Source of the DNA: Gammaproteobacteria bacterium
Lineage (GTDB): Bacteria; Pseudomonadota; Gammaproteobacteria; GCA-001735895
DNA length: 24,000 nucleotides
Direction: 5' to 3'
Assembly (NCBI GenBank): GCA_018669845.1
Contig: JABHSO010000111.1
Location: 1-24,000, forward strand
Shown here: piece by piece, positions 1 to 8,526 of the stretch
Layout of the letters: every line of letters begins with the position of its first letter
Numbering within the stretch: the first letter of the stretch is position 1
Position numbers and translations under genes: made by a program
Notes under the pieces: model-generated
The model's database searches: none
Told to the model about the DNA's origin: nothing
Seen by the model: the letters and a program-made list of their open reading frames with translations, nothing else

Positions 1-1089
1 AATTTTCTTGCTGCTGGTAGTTTTAATAATTTCATACCTTCTATTGTGAAGGCAAGAAAACAGCAGTCTGATAATTGTTCTCAAAAGGTTTATGAAAGCA
101 ATAAAACTACTGTAGAGGATAAACTAAAATCTTTGACAGAAATGCCATGCTGTGCTGTTTTTAATGATGACTTAACTACCCTGTTGACCAACTTATTAAT
201 TGACATCAAACGGACTGCGAAAACTGATAATGAGATTGTATCGAAAATATTAATCTCGGCGACTGTGTCTCCCTCTATTCGTAATGTCTTACGGACCCAG
301 CTTAAATATCACTCTATCGATCTGGTTGTGCTGGATTATGATAAAAACTCAGGTAAATTACCTTTGTCGCAATTACAACAATTTGATTCTGATGAAGTTC
401 TTGCTGTTGTGATGGGATGGCCAAACTATTTCGGTTTATTAGAGGATATTGCTGCAATTTCTTATTGGGCCGAAAATAAAGGAAGTCAGCTTATTTGCCT
501 TTCAGATCCATTAAGTTTATCGCTTATAAAGTCACCCTTTAAGGTCGCAGATAAGTTGGATTATATTCTGGGTGATTTACAGGCGGTAGGATTTACAGCC
601 AGCGAAAGTGGGGTGTCACCTTCTTTTCTGGCATCGGCAAAAGATCTTTCTAATAATCTGAAAAGCGTGCTAACAACTCAGATAAATCATGAAGATCTGA
701 CCGCCATCCAGTTATCAATGTCTGTAACAGGATTATCAGGATTTCAGCACAGTGCTGAGTTATCGAATTCCACATTGCACAAGCTGGTTGATAAATTAAC
801 TGAAATAGACGGTGTGGAGAAAAAGTTTATATCTGACAGTTTAAATGAATGCGTTATCGAGATAGCAGGGCTTGATATAGAAAAAGGTTTGAAAATGCTG
901 GCGCGCCATAACATCATTTTTGGGTATGTTTTACAGAATGAATACCCGGAACTTACAAATTGTTTATTGATTAGCTGCTCTGATCAGCATTCAAAAGAAG
1001 ACGTTGAAAAACTGGTGAATAAAGTGGCAACTATGGTTAAAAATTTATCAACAGCCGGTTGCCCGGTTAAACCAAAGTTTAATAGCTAG
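1..1089 (+). CDS. Glycine-cleavage P-protein subunit 1 (GcvPA)-like protein, highly divergent; 5' end outside the window
   Basis: The frame is open from nt 1, so the GTG at 46 used by the ORF track is probably internal. NFLAAGSFNNFIPSIV aligns with the canonical FxGAGxYxHxIPxxV block. PNYFGLLEDI and DPLSLSLIKSP align with the QPNFFG and P.SL.LLKPP blocks. LLISCSDQHSKEDVEKL resembles the C-terminal LLVCxTE..T.EDI block. The TPYQxExSQG and REQHIRR..ATSNICT blocks are not recognisable. Confidence 0.6.
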   Translation, partial: NFLAAGSFNNFIPSIVKARKQQSDNCSQKVYESNKTTVEDKLKSLTEMPCCAVFNDDLTTLLTNLLIDIKRTAKTDNEIVSKILISATVSPSIRNVLRTQLKYHSIDLVVLDYDKNSGKLPLSQLQQFDSDEVLAVVMGWPNYFGLLEDIAAISYWAENKGSQLICLSDPLSLSLIKSPFKVADKLDYILGDLQAVGFTASESGVSPSFLASAKDLSNNLKSVLTTQINHEDLTAIQLSMSVTGLSGFQHSAELSNSTLHKLVDKLTEIDGVEKKFISDSLNECVIEIAGLDIEKGLKMLARHNIIFGYVLQNEYPELTNCLLISCSDQHSKEDVEKLVNKVATMVKNLSTAGCPVKPKFNS

Positions 1090-1105
1090 ATAAGAATTTT
1101 GTGAA

Positions 1106-2296
1106 ATGATTAAAATAGACTCTGGTTTAAATTCTTTTAAACGCCAAACTGAAAACTGGAATATATCGGCCAGTGATAATGATGATCAACAATCACAGTT
1201 ATCATTAGCAGGCCAGTTTGCAGGTTCAAACCTTTCTAATCTGGAAGGCTTTAACAGTTTTAATCCTTACCTGCCCGAATCCACTACACAGGGTTTGCTA
1301 GAATGTATTCATGAAGTGCAAACAATGAGCTGTTCGATGAGTGGCCTGAATGCCGCTTCACTGGTTTCGCTGTCCAGCTCTCAAGCTATTTTTGGCTGCC
1401 TCTCAATGATTAATAAATATCATATGATAAAGAAGCAAGCGAGAAATACTTTATTGTTATGCACAGATTTACCACAGGTCATTGATGTTGCTGCACACAC
1501 AAATCTACAGCTTAAGAAAATTTCGCTGGTTCAACTAGAACAAAACCTGGACTCTACTGTAGCTGCCATTATTGTAGATGTTCCAAACCTTGCTGCTGAT
1601 GAGTTTGTATCAAAATCTGTTTTGAAGCTAATTCGAGAAATGGATATCATTATTTATATGGAAGGTTCTGGGCAATATTTCTACTCTCATCACTCCATGC
1701 CAAAAAATGTAACTTTTGATTTATTGAATCTGGACCTTAGTTATCAGTGTGAAACGGACTCGGGAGTTTATGCCATATTATCAAATGATAAATTGAAGTC
1801 TTATTTACCTACGCCGAGAGTACAGCAGAAGGAAAACAGCTTCAGTTTGCAAACACAGCAGCAAAACCCATTCAGTATAGGCCCGTTAAATACGGGTGCG
1901 GGTAATATCAAAAAGATCTTACGTTGCTATGTGCAGTTACGTTTAAAGGGTACTCATGGTATCCAACAACAGGCAATGAAAGCGATTGTGGCTGCAAAGT
2001 ACTTCATTAAAAAATTGGCAGACAGTGGTTATTCAGATGCATGTTTTACGATTGGAACCAGTGGAGTATGCTTTATCACTGTAAACCAACCGGTTGAGTC
2101 TAAGCTCTCTTTGGAGCAAGGTCTGGAGTGTTATAAATTACTGGGTTTATCTGCAGATGATGTATTGCCTGAAAATAAAACTCATTTTACTATCACACTT
2201 GGACGGTTGCATTGCCTGTCAAAAACTCAACTCGATGATTTGATCGAGTTGTTCTTAAACCTAGAAAACGCAGTTGAGCATGAAAAAGATGCGTAA
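1106..2296 (+). CDS. Glycine-cleavage P-protein subunit 2 (GcvPB)-like protein, highly divergent, PLP-lysine motif replaced
   Basis: QGLLECIHEVQTMSCSMSGLNAASLVSLSSSQAIFGCLSMINKYH aligns with canonical QG..E....LQ..L.EITGMD.V.LQPAAGAHGE..GL.MIRAYH. FDLLNLDLSYQC...KLKSYLPTP aligns with canonical D(V)xHLNLHKTF..PHGGGGPG..P.GV...L..(F/Y)LP, with HK changed to DL and the Gly-rich loop absent. It starts 17 nt after the previous gene. Confidence 0.6.
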   Translation: MIKIDSGLNSFKRQTENWNISASDNDDQQSQLSLAGQFAGSNLSNLEGFNSFNPYLPESTTQGLLECIHEVQTMSCSMSGLNAASLVSLSSSQAIFGCLSMINKYHMIKKQARNTLLLCTDLPQVIDVAAHTNLQLKKISLVQLEQNLDSTVAAIIVDVPNLAADEFVSKSVLKLIREMDIIIYMEGSGQYFYSHHSMPKNVTFDLLNLDLSYQCETDSGVYAILSNDKLKSYLPTPRVQQKENSFSLQTQQQNPFSIGPLNTGAGNIKKILRCYVQLRLKGTHGIQQQAMKAIVAAKYFIKKLADSGYSDACFTIGTSGVCFITVNQPVESKLSLEQGLECYKLLGLSADDVLPENKTHFTITLGRLHCLSKTQLDDLIELFLNLENAVEHEKDA

Positions 2297-2453
2297 CAGA
2301 TTGATGTGCATGGTGAAATCAAAATTTCCGTGGTCACCTGATTGGTGAAAAGCGTGATTTTGATTTTATCAGGTGTATAAAGGTGTTGCGTAGACTTTCA
2401 TGATTCAACTGCGTTTTCTAGGTTAAAATACCTTTAATCATTCGGAATAAAAA

Positions 2454-2816
2454 ATGGCCTATAGCGGGAACACCGGTTTAACCAGAATAATCAAAGCAGC
2501 CGTTTTTTCTTGGCAGGGCTTTAAAGCAGCTTACAAACATGAAGAAGCTTTTAGACAGGAGTTATTGCTGGCGATAGTTTTAATCCCTTTAGGATTCTAT
2601 CTGGGGCAGGGTGGGGTAGAAAAAGCATTGCTTGTTAGCAGTGTGATATTGTTGTTACTGGTTGAGATATTGAATTCAGCCGTTGAAGCCGTAGTGGACC
2701 GATTTGGCGGCGAGATGCATGAGTTATCGGGCCGAGCTAAAGACATGGGTTCTTCAGCAGTTTTTCTGGCACTTGTCTACCTGGTGCTTGTGTGGGGACT
2801 GATTTTAATTTTTTAG
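2454..2816 (+). CDS. dgkA: Diacylglycerol kinase (prokaryotic DgkA family)
   Basis: 120 aa with three hydrophobic segments. Contains EEAFRQEL, the LLLLVEILNSAVEAVVDR motif and GRAKDMGSSAV, all typical of DgkA. Confidence 0.9.
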   Translation: MAYSGNTGLTRIIKAAVFSWQGFKAAYKHEEAFRQELLLAIVLIPLGFYLGQGGVEKALLVSSVILLLLVEILNSAVEAVVDRFGGEMHELSGRAKDMGSSAVFLALVYLVLVWGLILIF

Positions 2817-2917
2817 CTCATAGCTGTTGAGTAATAATATCCTTAAATTTTTGGGTGAGAAAAAAATATTGATCAGGCATAATCTGAGCAGTTTTCCAGC
2901 CAAGGTATTTTCTTTAC

Positions 2918-3742
2918 GTGATTGTTTATCCCTCCATTGACCCTGTTCTGTTAGAACTGGGTCCGCTTAAAATTCACTGGTATGGCCTGATGTATCTAAT
3001 CGCTTTTGCCAGTGCCTGGTGGCTGGGTAAAAAGCGCGCAGCAAATTCTAATGGGCTTATTTCTCCTGTTCAGGTCGATGACCTGATTTTTTATGGAGCT
3101 GTGGGTGTAGTCGTTGGTGGGCGTGTAGGGTCTGTTCTATTTTACAATTTTGAAAGCTTTCTTGATAACCCTCTTTACCTGTTTAAAATCTGGCAGGGTG
3201 GCATGTCATTTCATGGTGGGTTTCTAGGCGTTCTGGTTGCTATGGAAGTTTACCGGCGTAAATTGGGTTGTAGCTTTTTTCAACTGACAGATTTTATTGC
3301 ACCACTGGTGCCAATAGGATTGGCTTCTGGACGTTTTGGCAACTTTATTAATGGTGAATTGTGGGGAGGACCATCAGATTTACCCTGGGCAATGAAACTG
3401 CCCTGTGAAATTTTTCCAGCACATCAATACCAGGATTTTGCAGGTGCTTTATGTGCAACACCACGACACCCCTCGATGTTGTATGAAATGTTACTGGAAG
3501 GTGTTGTGTTGTTTATAGTGTTATGGGTTTATTCCAGTAAGCCACGTCCTATAATCGCTGTTTCAGGCTTGTTTTTGATGGGTTATGGCTTGTTTCGCTC
3601 AATGGTCGAAGTAATTCGTTTACCCGATGCTCACATTGGTTATTTATTGAATACTGACTGGTTGACCATGGGTATGCTGCTGTCAGTACCGATGATAATC
3701 GTGGGAATGTTATTGATGAAAATTGCCTATAAAAAGGGTTAG
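2918..3742 (+). CDS. lgt: Phosphatidylglycerol-prolipoprotein diacylglyceryl transferase
   Basis: GTG start. IHWYGLMY, LYLFKIWQGGMSFHGG, DFIAPLVPIGLASGRFGNFINGELWG, PRHPSMLYEMLLEGVVLF and KPRPIIAVSGLFLMGYG are collinear with E. coli Lgt. Confidence 0.93.
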   Translation: MIVYPSIDPVLLELGPLKIHWYGLMYLIAFASAWWLGKKRAANSNGLISPVQVDDLIFYGAVGVVVGGRVGSVLFYNFESFLDNPLYLFKIWQGGMSFHGGFLGVLVAMEVYRRKLGCSFFQLTDFIAPLVPIGLASGRFGNFINGELWGGPSDLPWAMKLPCEIFPAHQYQDFAGALCATPRHPSMLYEMLLEGVVLFIVLWVYSSKPRPIIAVSGLFLMGYGLFRSMVEVIRLPDAHIGYLLNTDWLTMGMLLSVPMIIVGMLLMKIAYKKG

Positions 3743-3831
3743 AGTAATGACGGTAGCGATAAATTTAGCTATTTAGTCCACGAATGAACTGACCACCAAG
3801 TGGTACGTTAAGAAAATAATCAGGATTTTTA

Positions 3832-4683
3832 ATGAAGCAATATTTAGAGTTGTGCAGGCGCATTGTTGAAGAGGGTGAATGGGTTGAGAATACCCGAACC
3901 GGAAAAAAATGCCTGACCATTATCAACGCAGATATGACTTATGATGTCGCTGCTAATGAGTTTCCGCTTGTCACAACGAGGAAGAGTTACTGGAAAAGTG
4001 CAATTGCAGAGTTTCTTGGATATATCCGGGGTTATAGTAATGCTTCTGATTTCCGTGCTTTAGGAACAAAAACCTGGGATGCAAATGCTAATCAAAATAC
4101 TGACTGGCTAAATAACTCTTATCGCAAGGGTGAAGATGACATGGGCCGTGTTTACGGGGTTCAGGGTCGTAGCTGGCAAAAACCAGATGGCGGGTTTATC
4201 GATCAGCTGAGAAAAATTGTTGATGATCTTACTAATGATATTGATGATCGCGGTGAAATCATGACGTTTTATAACCCCGGTGAATTCCACCAGGGATGTT
4301 TAAGACCCTGCATGCATACCCACACATTTTCACTGTTGAGTGATACTCTGTATTTGACTTCATATCAACGTTCATGTGATGTGCCGCTGGGGCAAAATTT
4401 TAACCAGATTCAGGTTTTTACATTTCTAAAACTGATGGCACAGATCACAGGGAAGAAACCAGGTTTGGCCTATCATAAAATTGTGAATGCACACATCTAT
4501 GACGATCAGCTGGAGTTAATGCGTGATGTTCAGCTTAAGCGTGAGCCTTATGAGGCACCGCAACTGCATATTAACCCCCTTATCAAGTCACTGGAAGATT
4601 TAGAAACCTGGGTAACTCTTGATGATTTTGAAGTGACTGGCTACAAACATCATGATCCTATAGCGTATCCGTTTTCAGTCTGA
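3832..4683 (+). CDS. thyA: Thymidylate synthase (ThyA, 283-aa type)
   Basis: Near full-length collinearity with Haemophilus/Vibrio-type ThyA: [19 protein letters not shown], the catalytic-Cys block [19 protein letters not shown] and [25 protein letters not shown]. Confidence 0.97.
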   Translation: MKQYLELCRRIVEEGEWVENTRTGKKCLTIINADMTYDVAANEFPLVTTRKSYWKSAIAEFLGYIRGYSNASDFRALGTKTWDANANQNTDWLNNSYRKGEDDMGRVYGVQGRSWQKPDGGFIDQLRKIVDDLTNDIDDRGEIMTFYNPGEFHQGCLRPCMHTHTFSLLSDTLYLTSYQRSCDVPLGQNFNQIQVFTFLKLMAQITGKKPGLAYHKIVNAHIYDDQLELMRDVQLKREPYEAPQLHINPLIKSLEDLETWVTLDDFEVTGYKHHDPIAYPFSV

Positions 4684-4709
4684 AGAAATGTAGATTAGGA
4701 AGAATAAAC

Positions 4710-5078
4710 ATGAACAATATTCAAATCGATGTTGTCACTCAATACATCGAAGACCAGTCCAGACCTGAGCAGGATTATTTTGTATTTGCTTACACCATTA
4801 CTATTTTGAATAGAGGTGATGAGCCGGTTAAGCTGCTCAATCGTCATTGGATTATTACTGATTCAAATCAGAAAATTCAAGAAGTACGTGGTGAAGGTGT
4901 TGTGGGTGAACAACCCTATCTAAAGCCGGGGGAACAATTTGCCTATACCTCTGGCAGTGTGCTTGAAACTTCGGTTGGCACAATGCAGGGTAGCTATGAA
5001 TTGCGTACAGATGATGGTTCAACTTTTGATGCACCTATCAATGCGTTTGTGCTTTCAACGCCTAGAGTATTGCATTAA
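4710..5078 (+). CDS. apaG: ApaG (DUF525) protein
   Basis: 122 aa. YFVFAYTITILNRGDEPVKLLNRHWIITDSNQKIQEVRGEGVVGEQPYLKPGEQFAYTSG matches the ApaG signature, and the gene sits immediately upstream of apaH. Confidence 0.93.
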   Translation: MNNIQIDVVTQYIEDQSRPEQDYFVFAYTITILNRGDEPVKLLNRHWIITDSNQKIQEVRGEGVVGEQPYLKPGEQFAYTSGSVLETSVGTMQGSYELRTDDGSTFDAPINAFVLSTPRVLH

Positions 5079-5096
5079 TCAGAAGCGAGAGATGAC

Positions 5097-5918
5097 ATGG
5101 CTGTTTATGTAATTGGCGATATTCAGGGCTGTTATAAAAATCTACAGAGGTTATTAACTTCTCTGGATTTTGATCCGGAGAATGACTGTCTCTGGTTTGC
5201 GGGTGATCTGGTTAATCGTGGAGAGGATTCTCTAAAAGTTTTACGATTTGTGAAATCTCTGGGTGATCGGGCAGTTACCGTTCTTGGTAATCATGATTTA
5301 CACCTGTTATCAGCTTATTACTCGGGCACTCAGCTAAAACCTGATGATACCCTGAATAAAGTTATAAATGCGCCAGACAGCAAAGAGTTAATGCACTGGT
5401 TGAGATTTAGGCCATTGCTTCATCATGATATTGATTTAAATTTCTCTTTAGTACATGCCGGTATTTATCCGGGCTGGTGTATGTCAGATGCACTTTCCAG
5501 GGCACGAGAGGTTGAAGCCGTTCTACAACAGGATGGCTATAAAAAATTCTTGCTAAATATGTATGGCAATAAACCAGATTGCTGGTCTGAAGATTTGCAG
5601 GGTATAGAGCGGTTACGGTTTATCACCAATGTGTTCACCCGGATGCGCTATTTAAAAACAGATTTAACCCTCGATCTGGCAGCCAAGGGAGCACCTTCCA
5701 AATTAAAAAATATTACTGTTATTCCCTGGTTTGAGTTTAAACAGTCCTCCATCAAGTTCAATCGAGTTGCTTTCGGGCACTGGTCAACATTGCCAACCGG
5801 GCAGTATGGAAACTGTTTTGCCCTAGACAGTGGGTGTGTCTGGGGTGCAGAACTGACGGCTTTACGCATCGATAAAAAAACGCCTAGATGGTTCAGACTT
5901 TCCTGCGATATAGACTAA
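5097..5918 (+). CDS. apaH: Bis(5'-nucleosyl)-tetraphosphatase, symmetrical
   Basis: Metallophosphatase motifs are present: YVIGDIQGCY, GDLVNRGEDSL, VLGNHDLHLL, VHAG. 273 aa, located after apaG. Confidence 0.93.
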   Translation: MAVYVIGDIQGCYKNLQRLLTSLDFDPENDCLWFAGDLVNRGEDSLKVLRFVKSLGDRAVTVLGNHDLHLLSAYYSGTQLKPDDTLNKVINAPDSKELMHWLRFRPLLHHDIDLNFSLVHAGIYPGWCMSDALSRAREVEAVLQQDGYKKFLLNMYGNKPDCWSEDLQGIERLRFITNVFTRMRYLKTDLTLDLAAKGAPSKLKNITVIPWFEFKQSSIKFNRVAFGHWSTLPTGQYGNCFALDSGCVWGAELTALRIDKKTPRWFRLSCDID

Positions 5919-6129
5919 TAGACTTTGTCTATTGTGGGAGCTGCTCGAAAAGTGGTTCCAGACCCCTTTCAACATATATTCTTCAATACCTCTTCAATAA
6001 GAACAGATACCCTCTCGGTCGACTTTATAGGCTGTTTCATCGGATTAATCATACTCATTTTACAGGTGGTGCTATGTTTAATTTGTTCTATACTTTTAGT
6101 ATTTGAAAAATCTTGGTCTAGAGTTATCA

Positions 6130-6756
6130 ATGGCTATTAATCGGCGTGACATTATCCAGATGCTCAGGGATGAGAATGAATTGCTTAAAATGCGAAATAA
6201 GCAGGTCGGAAACAGGCTTGCTCGCTTACAGCAGGCTTTTCGTGTTCTAAATACAATAGATGAAAAAACACAGAATTTAACGGTGACGCCTGATCTTGAG
6301 GAGTTGTTTCATCAATTGCTCGAACTGGTTTTACATACCTGTAATTGTGAAAATGGTTCGGTGATTATGCTTGATGATAATACTCAGGAATTGGAGTTTG
6401 TAGAAGTAATCGGGGGTTCTCGTGATGCTTTAATGACTCACCGTATCAGTTTAAATACGGGCATTGTCGGAGAAACCATAAATACAGGTAAGGCGAAGTT
6501 GGTAGAAAATGTTCATGCTTCAAATAAATGGTCATCATCAATTGATGAATATCTTAGTTTTCATACAGAGTCGCTTATGTGTTCACCGCTAAAAATGGGA
6601 AATCGTGTTATTGGTGCAATCGAGTTGGTCAGTCATTCTGGTGATAGAGTGTTTGATGAAAATGATTTGAATGTATTACTTGTGGCCAGCGGTTATGTCG
6701 GTCGTGCTCTTGAACAGGCTGAGAAACTAATGATATCAACAGAGGTAGGTAAGTAA
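6130..6756 (+). CDS. Cytoplasmic GAF-domain protein with N-terminal coiled-coil
   Basis: The ORF-track start at 6103 is TTG, so the first ATG at 6130 (MAINRRD) is preferred. GAF pattern: NGSVIMLDD..QELEFVEV, TGIVGETINTGKAKLVENV, SLMCSPLKMGNRVIGAIELV. No output domain is present. Confidence 0.75.
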   Translation: MAINRRDIIQMLRDENELLKMRNKQVGNRLARLQQAFRVLNTIDEKTQNLTVTPDLEELFHQLLELVLHTCNCENGSVIMLDDNTQELEFVEVIGGSRDALMTHRISLNTGIVGETINTGKAKLVENVHASNKWSSSIDEYLSFHTESLMCSPLKMGNRVIGAIELVSHSGDRVFDENDLNVLLVASGYVGRALEQAEKLMISTEVGK

Positions 6757-7763
6757 TGTTCAGCAACATAAAGTCAGTTAGCTTAACGATAATCTTGTTA
6801 CTGTTTACAACTTTTAGCAGTGTTCATGCTGAGTCTGTTAAATATGAATTTGCAGAATCAACCCGTTCTATTATGCGGGCAGGTCCGGGGCAAAGTCTGC
6901 CAATGCTGGTGCAGCAGCTTTATCCTGACTATAAACATATCTGGCCACAACTGGAGCATGAGATAAAACGAAGAAATCCTCAGGCATTTAATCGATATAC
7001 CGGCAAAATTATACCCGGACAGCGCATGTACCTGGTGACTATAAAGGTTATTAGAAAAAGTGAAATTTTAAATTTGCATGTGGTGGGTGAAATTCAATCT
7101 ATTAAAGGATATGCACTGGCTACCGATACAAGGGGAAATGATAGACGTTTAGCTGAAAAATCAGAATTGTATGAGGGTGATCGATTAACGACTGAAAAAA
7201 AATCATCTTTAGTGGTTAAAATGGTCGATGAAGCTGAAATTCACCTAAAGCAGAATTCTTCAGTTCGTCTTACCGAATATAAAATGAAATCAGGTTTTGA
7301 AACGGGAAGCAGGAGTATTCTTGATTTAATCAAAGGAGGCTTAAGGACGATTACCGGTGCGATTGGTGCCAATCCGCTTAGCGTGTATCGCTTCCATACG
7401 GGAGTGATGACCATAGGGGTGAGGGGAACAGATTATATTGCCATGTTATGTGAAGGTAATAACTGTGAACATTCTTCAGGACGTAATGATACAGATACCC
7501 GTTTGCATGTTGTGGTACTTGACGGTTTAATTTCTCTGCAGGATGAAGAGGGAGCCATTGGCGAATTGATGATGGGGCAATATGCAGTTGCTACACCGGA
7601 AACAAAGGTCATTGTTAATGATGCTTTACCCGTTAGCGGATTATTGAATGAAGCCGAGAAGAAGATTTATGATGATTTTCAGTCATCTTCATCATCATCT
7701 TCTTCAAAAAAATCTGGCTCAATGTGGCCCTGGTTGTTGGGCGGAGCATTATTTGGGATTTAA
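6756..7763 (+). CDS. Secreted FimV-type LysM-like plus FecR-domain protein with Ser-rich C-terminal tail
   Basis: Signal peptide MFSNIKSVSLTIILLLFTTFSSVHA/ES. RRNPQAFNRYTGKIIPGQRMYLV resembles the FimV-type LysM motif NPxAF..(x)n..G..L.(I/V)P. The FecR-like core is GDRLTTEKKSSLVVKMVDEAEIHLKQNSSVRL...VRGTDY. The start overlaps the GAF gene stop by 1 nt (TAATG). Confidence 0.65.
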   Translation: MFSNIKSVSLTIILLLFTTFSSVHAESVKYEFAESTRSIMRAGPGQSLPMLVQQLYPDYKHIWPQLEHEIKRRNPQAFNRYTGKIIPGQRMYLVTIKVIRKSEILNLHVVGEIQSIKGYALATDTRGNDRRLAEKSELYEGDRLTTEKKSSLVVKMVDEAEIHLKQNSSVRLTEYKMKSGFETGSRSILDLIKGGLRTITGAIGANPLSVYRFHTGVMTIGVRGTDYIAMLCEGNNCEHSSGRNDTDTRLHVVVLDGLISLQDEEGAIGELMMGQYAVATPETKVIVNDALPVSGLLNEAEKKIYDDFQSSSSSSSSKKSGSMWPWLLGGALFGI

Positions 7764-7855
7764 AGATTATGGCTTTTAACCTGATTAACAAAGTGGTTTT
7801 AATCAGTAGAAATCTTGATATTTACTGAAAATTTACAACTATTTAAGAGAATAAA

Positions 7856-8131
7856 ATGAACTTTGCAAGCCTGTATAATTATTATGAACATCTTGTATTT
7901 AATTGCATCAATGAGCAATTGGTTGTGCAATATGAAGATCAGGATGAAGAATTTTTTCTGGATGTTGCCTGTTATTCTCTAACACGCTTACCATCTCGCT
8001 ACATTCGACATGAAATAGATATGATTTATTATTTAGCGCCTGGTGAACAGGAAGAGATGGAAAAAAGAGTGTTAGATACGGTATTGGCCGCAGCCAAATT
8101 TATCAGTGAGAGAGTTAGTCAGAATAAATAA
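7856..8131 (+). CDS. ComFB-family (late competence development protein-like) small protein
   Basis: 91 aa. NYYEHLVFNCINEQL...DEEFFLDVACYSLTRLPSRYIRH matches my recollection of the ComFB (PF10719) pattern N..E.LV...-x-D..C.ALN.LPxRY. Confidence 0.65.
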   Translation: MNFASLYNYYEHLVFNCINEQLVVQYEDQDEEFFLDVACYSLTRLPSRYIRHEIDMIYYLAPGEQEEMEKRVLDTVLAAAKFISERVSQNK

Positions 8132-8172
8132 AGCTGATTTATATTGGAATGGCCTGTTATTATTTTATTTAA

Positions 8173-8457
8173 TCAGGCAGCCAGGGCACCAGCCATTTCA
8201 AGTAATTTTCTGATTGTGTATTGCTTACTACCAATGACTATCGGTTGATTTATCTGAACATATCCCTCTGCAAAAGCAACAAGACGGTTATTTTTTACCA
8301 GATAAGTACCGTTAGTGGAGTGGAGATCACGTAGATAAATTTCACCATTCATAATCTGAATCTCTGCATGCTGCTTGCTTACAGACTTATCATTCAAATA
8401 AATGTGCCCTTCTCTTCCAATGATATAAGTACGACTTTCCATATTATCTAGCTCCAT
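8173..8457 (-). CDS. Stand-alone FHA-domain protein
   Basis: YIIGREGHIYLNDKSVSKQHAEIQIMNGEIYLRDLHSTNGTYL is the FHA core (G-R...S..H...L.D..S.NGT). The ORF-track start at 8472 is TTG. In-frame ATGs at 8457 and 8442 are more likely, so the start is uncertain. Confidence 0.85.
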   Translation of the reverse strand: MELDNMESRTYIIGREGHIYLNDKSVSKQHAEIQIMNGEIYLRDLHSTNGTYLVKNNRLVAFAEGYVQINQPIVIGSKQYTIRKLLEMAGALAA

Positions 8458-8526
8458 AACGTCATCTCTCAAGTGGGGAAAATATTGTAAATCAAACGAC
8501 TTTATGTTTCCAGTCTAAACAAATTT

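Noticed and set aside
4108-4290. 60-aa ORF antisense to thyA. The same applies to 5648-5869 antisense to apaH.
   Set aside because: Both lie entirely inside strongly supported genes on the opposite strand, with low-complexity sequence and no start context. They are typical shadow ORFs.
5888-6140. Two overlapping 71-72 aa ORFs in the apaH-GAF intergenic region
   Set aside because: They overlap each other and the ends of the flanking genes. They are hydrophobic or low-complexity, lack a convincing RBS and resemble no family. The region is more likely a promoter or UTR.
7781-7806. 8-bp AT-rich hairpin (ctgattaa ... ttaatcag) after the FecR gene as a terminator. Similar weak hairpins follow apaH (5917-5933) and lgt.
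   Set aside because: The stems are short and AT-rich with no following T-run, so they are too weak to call as terminators from sequence alone.
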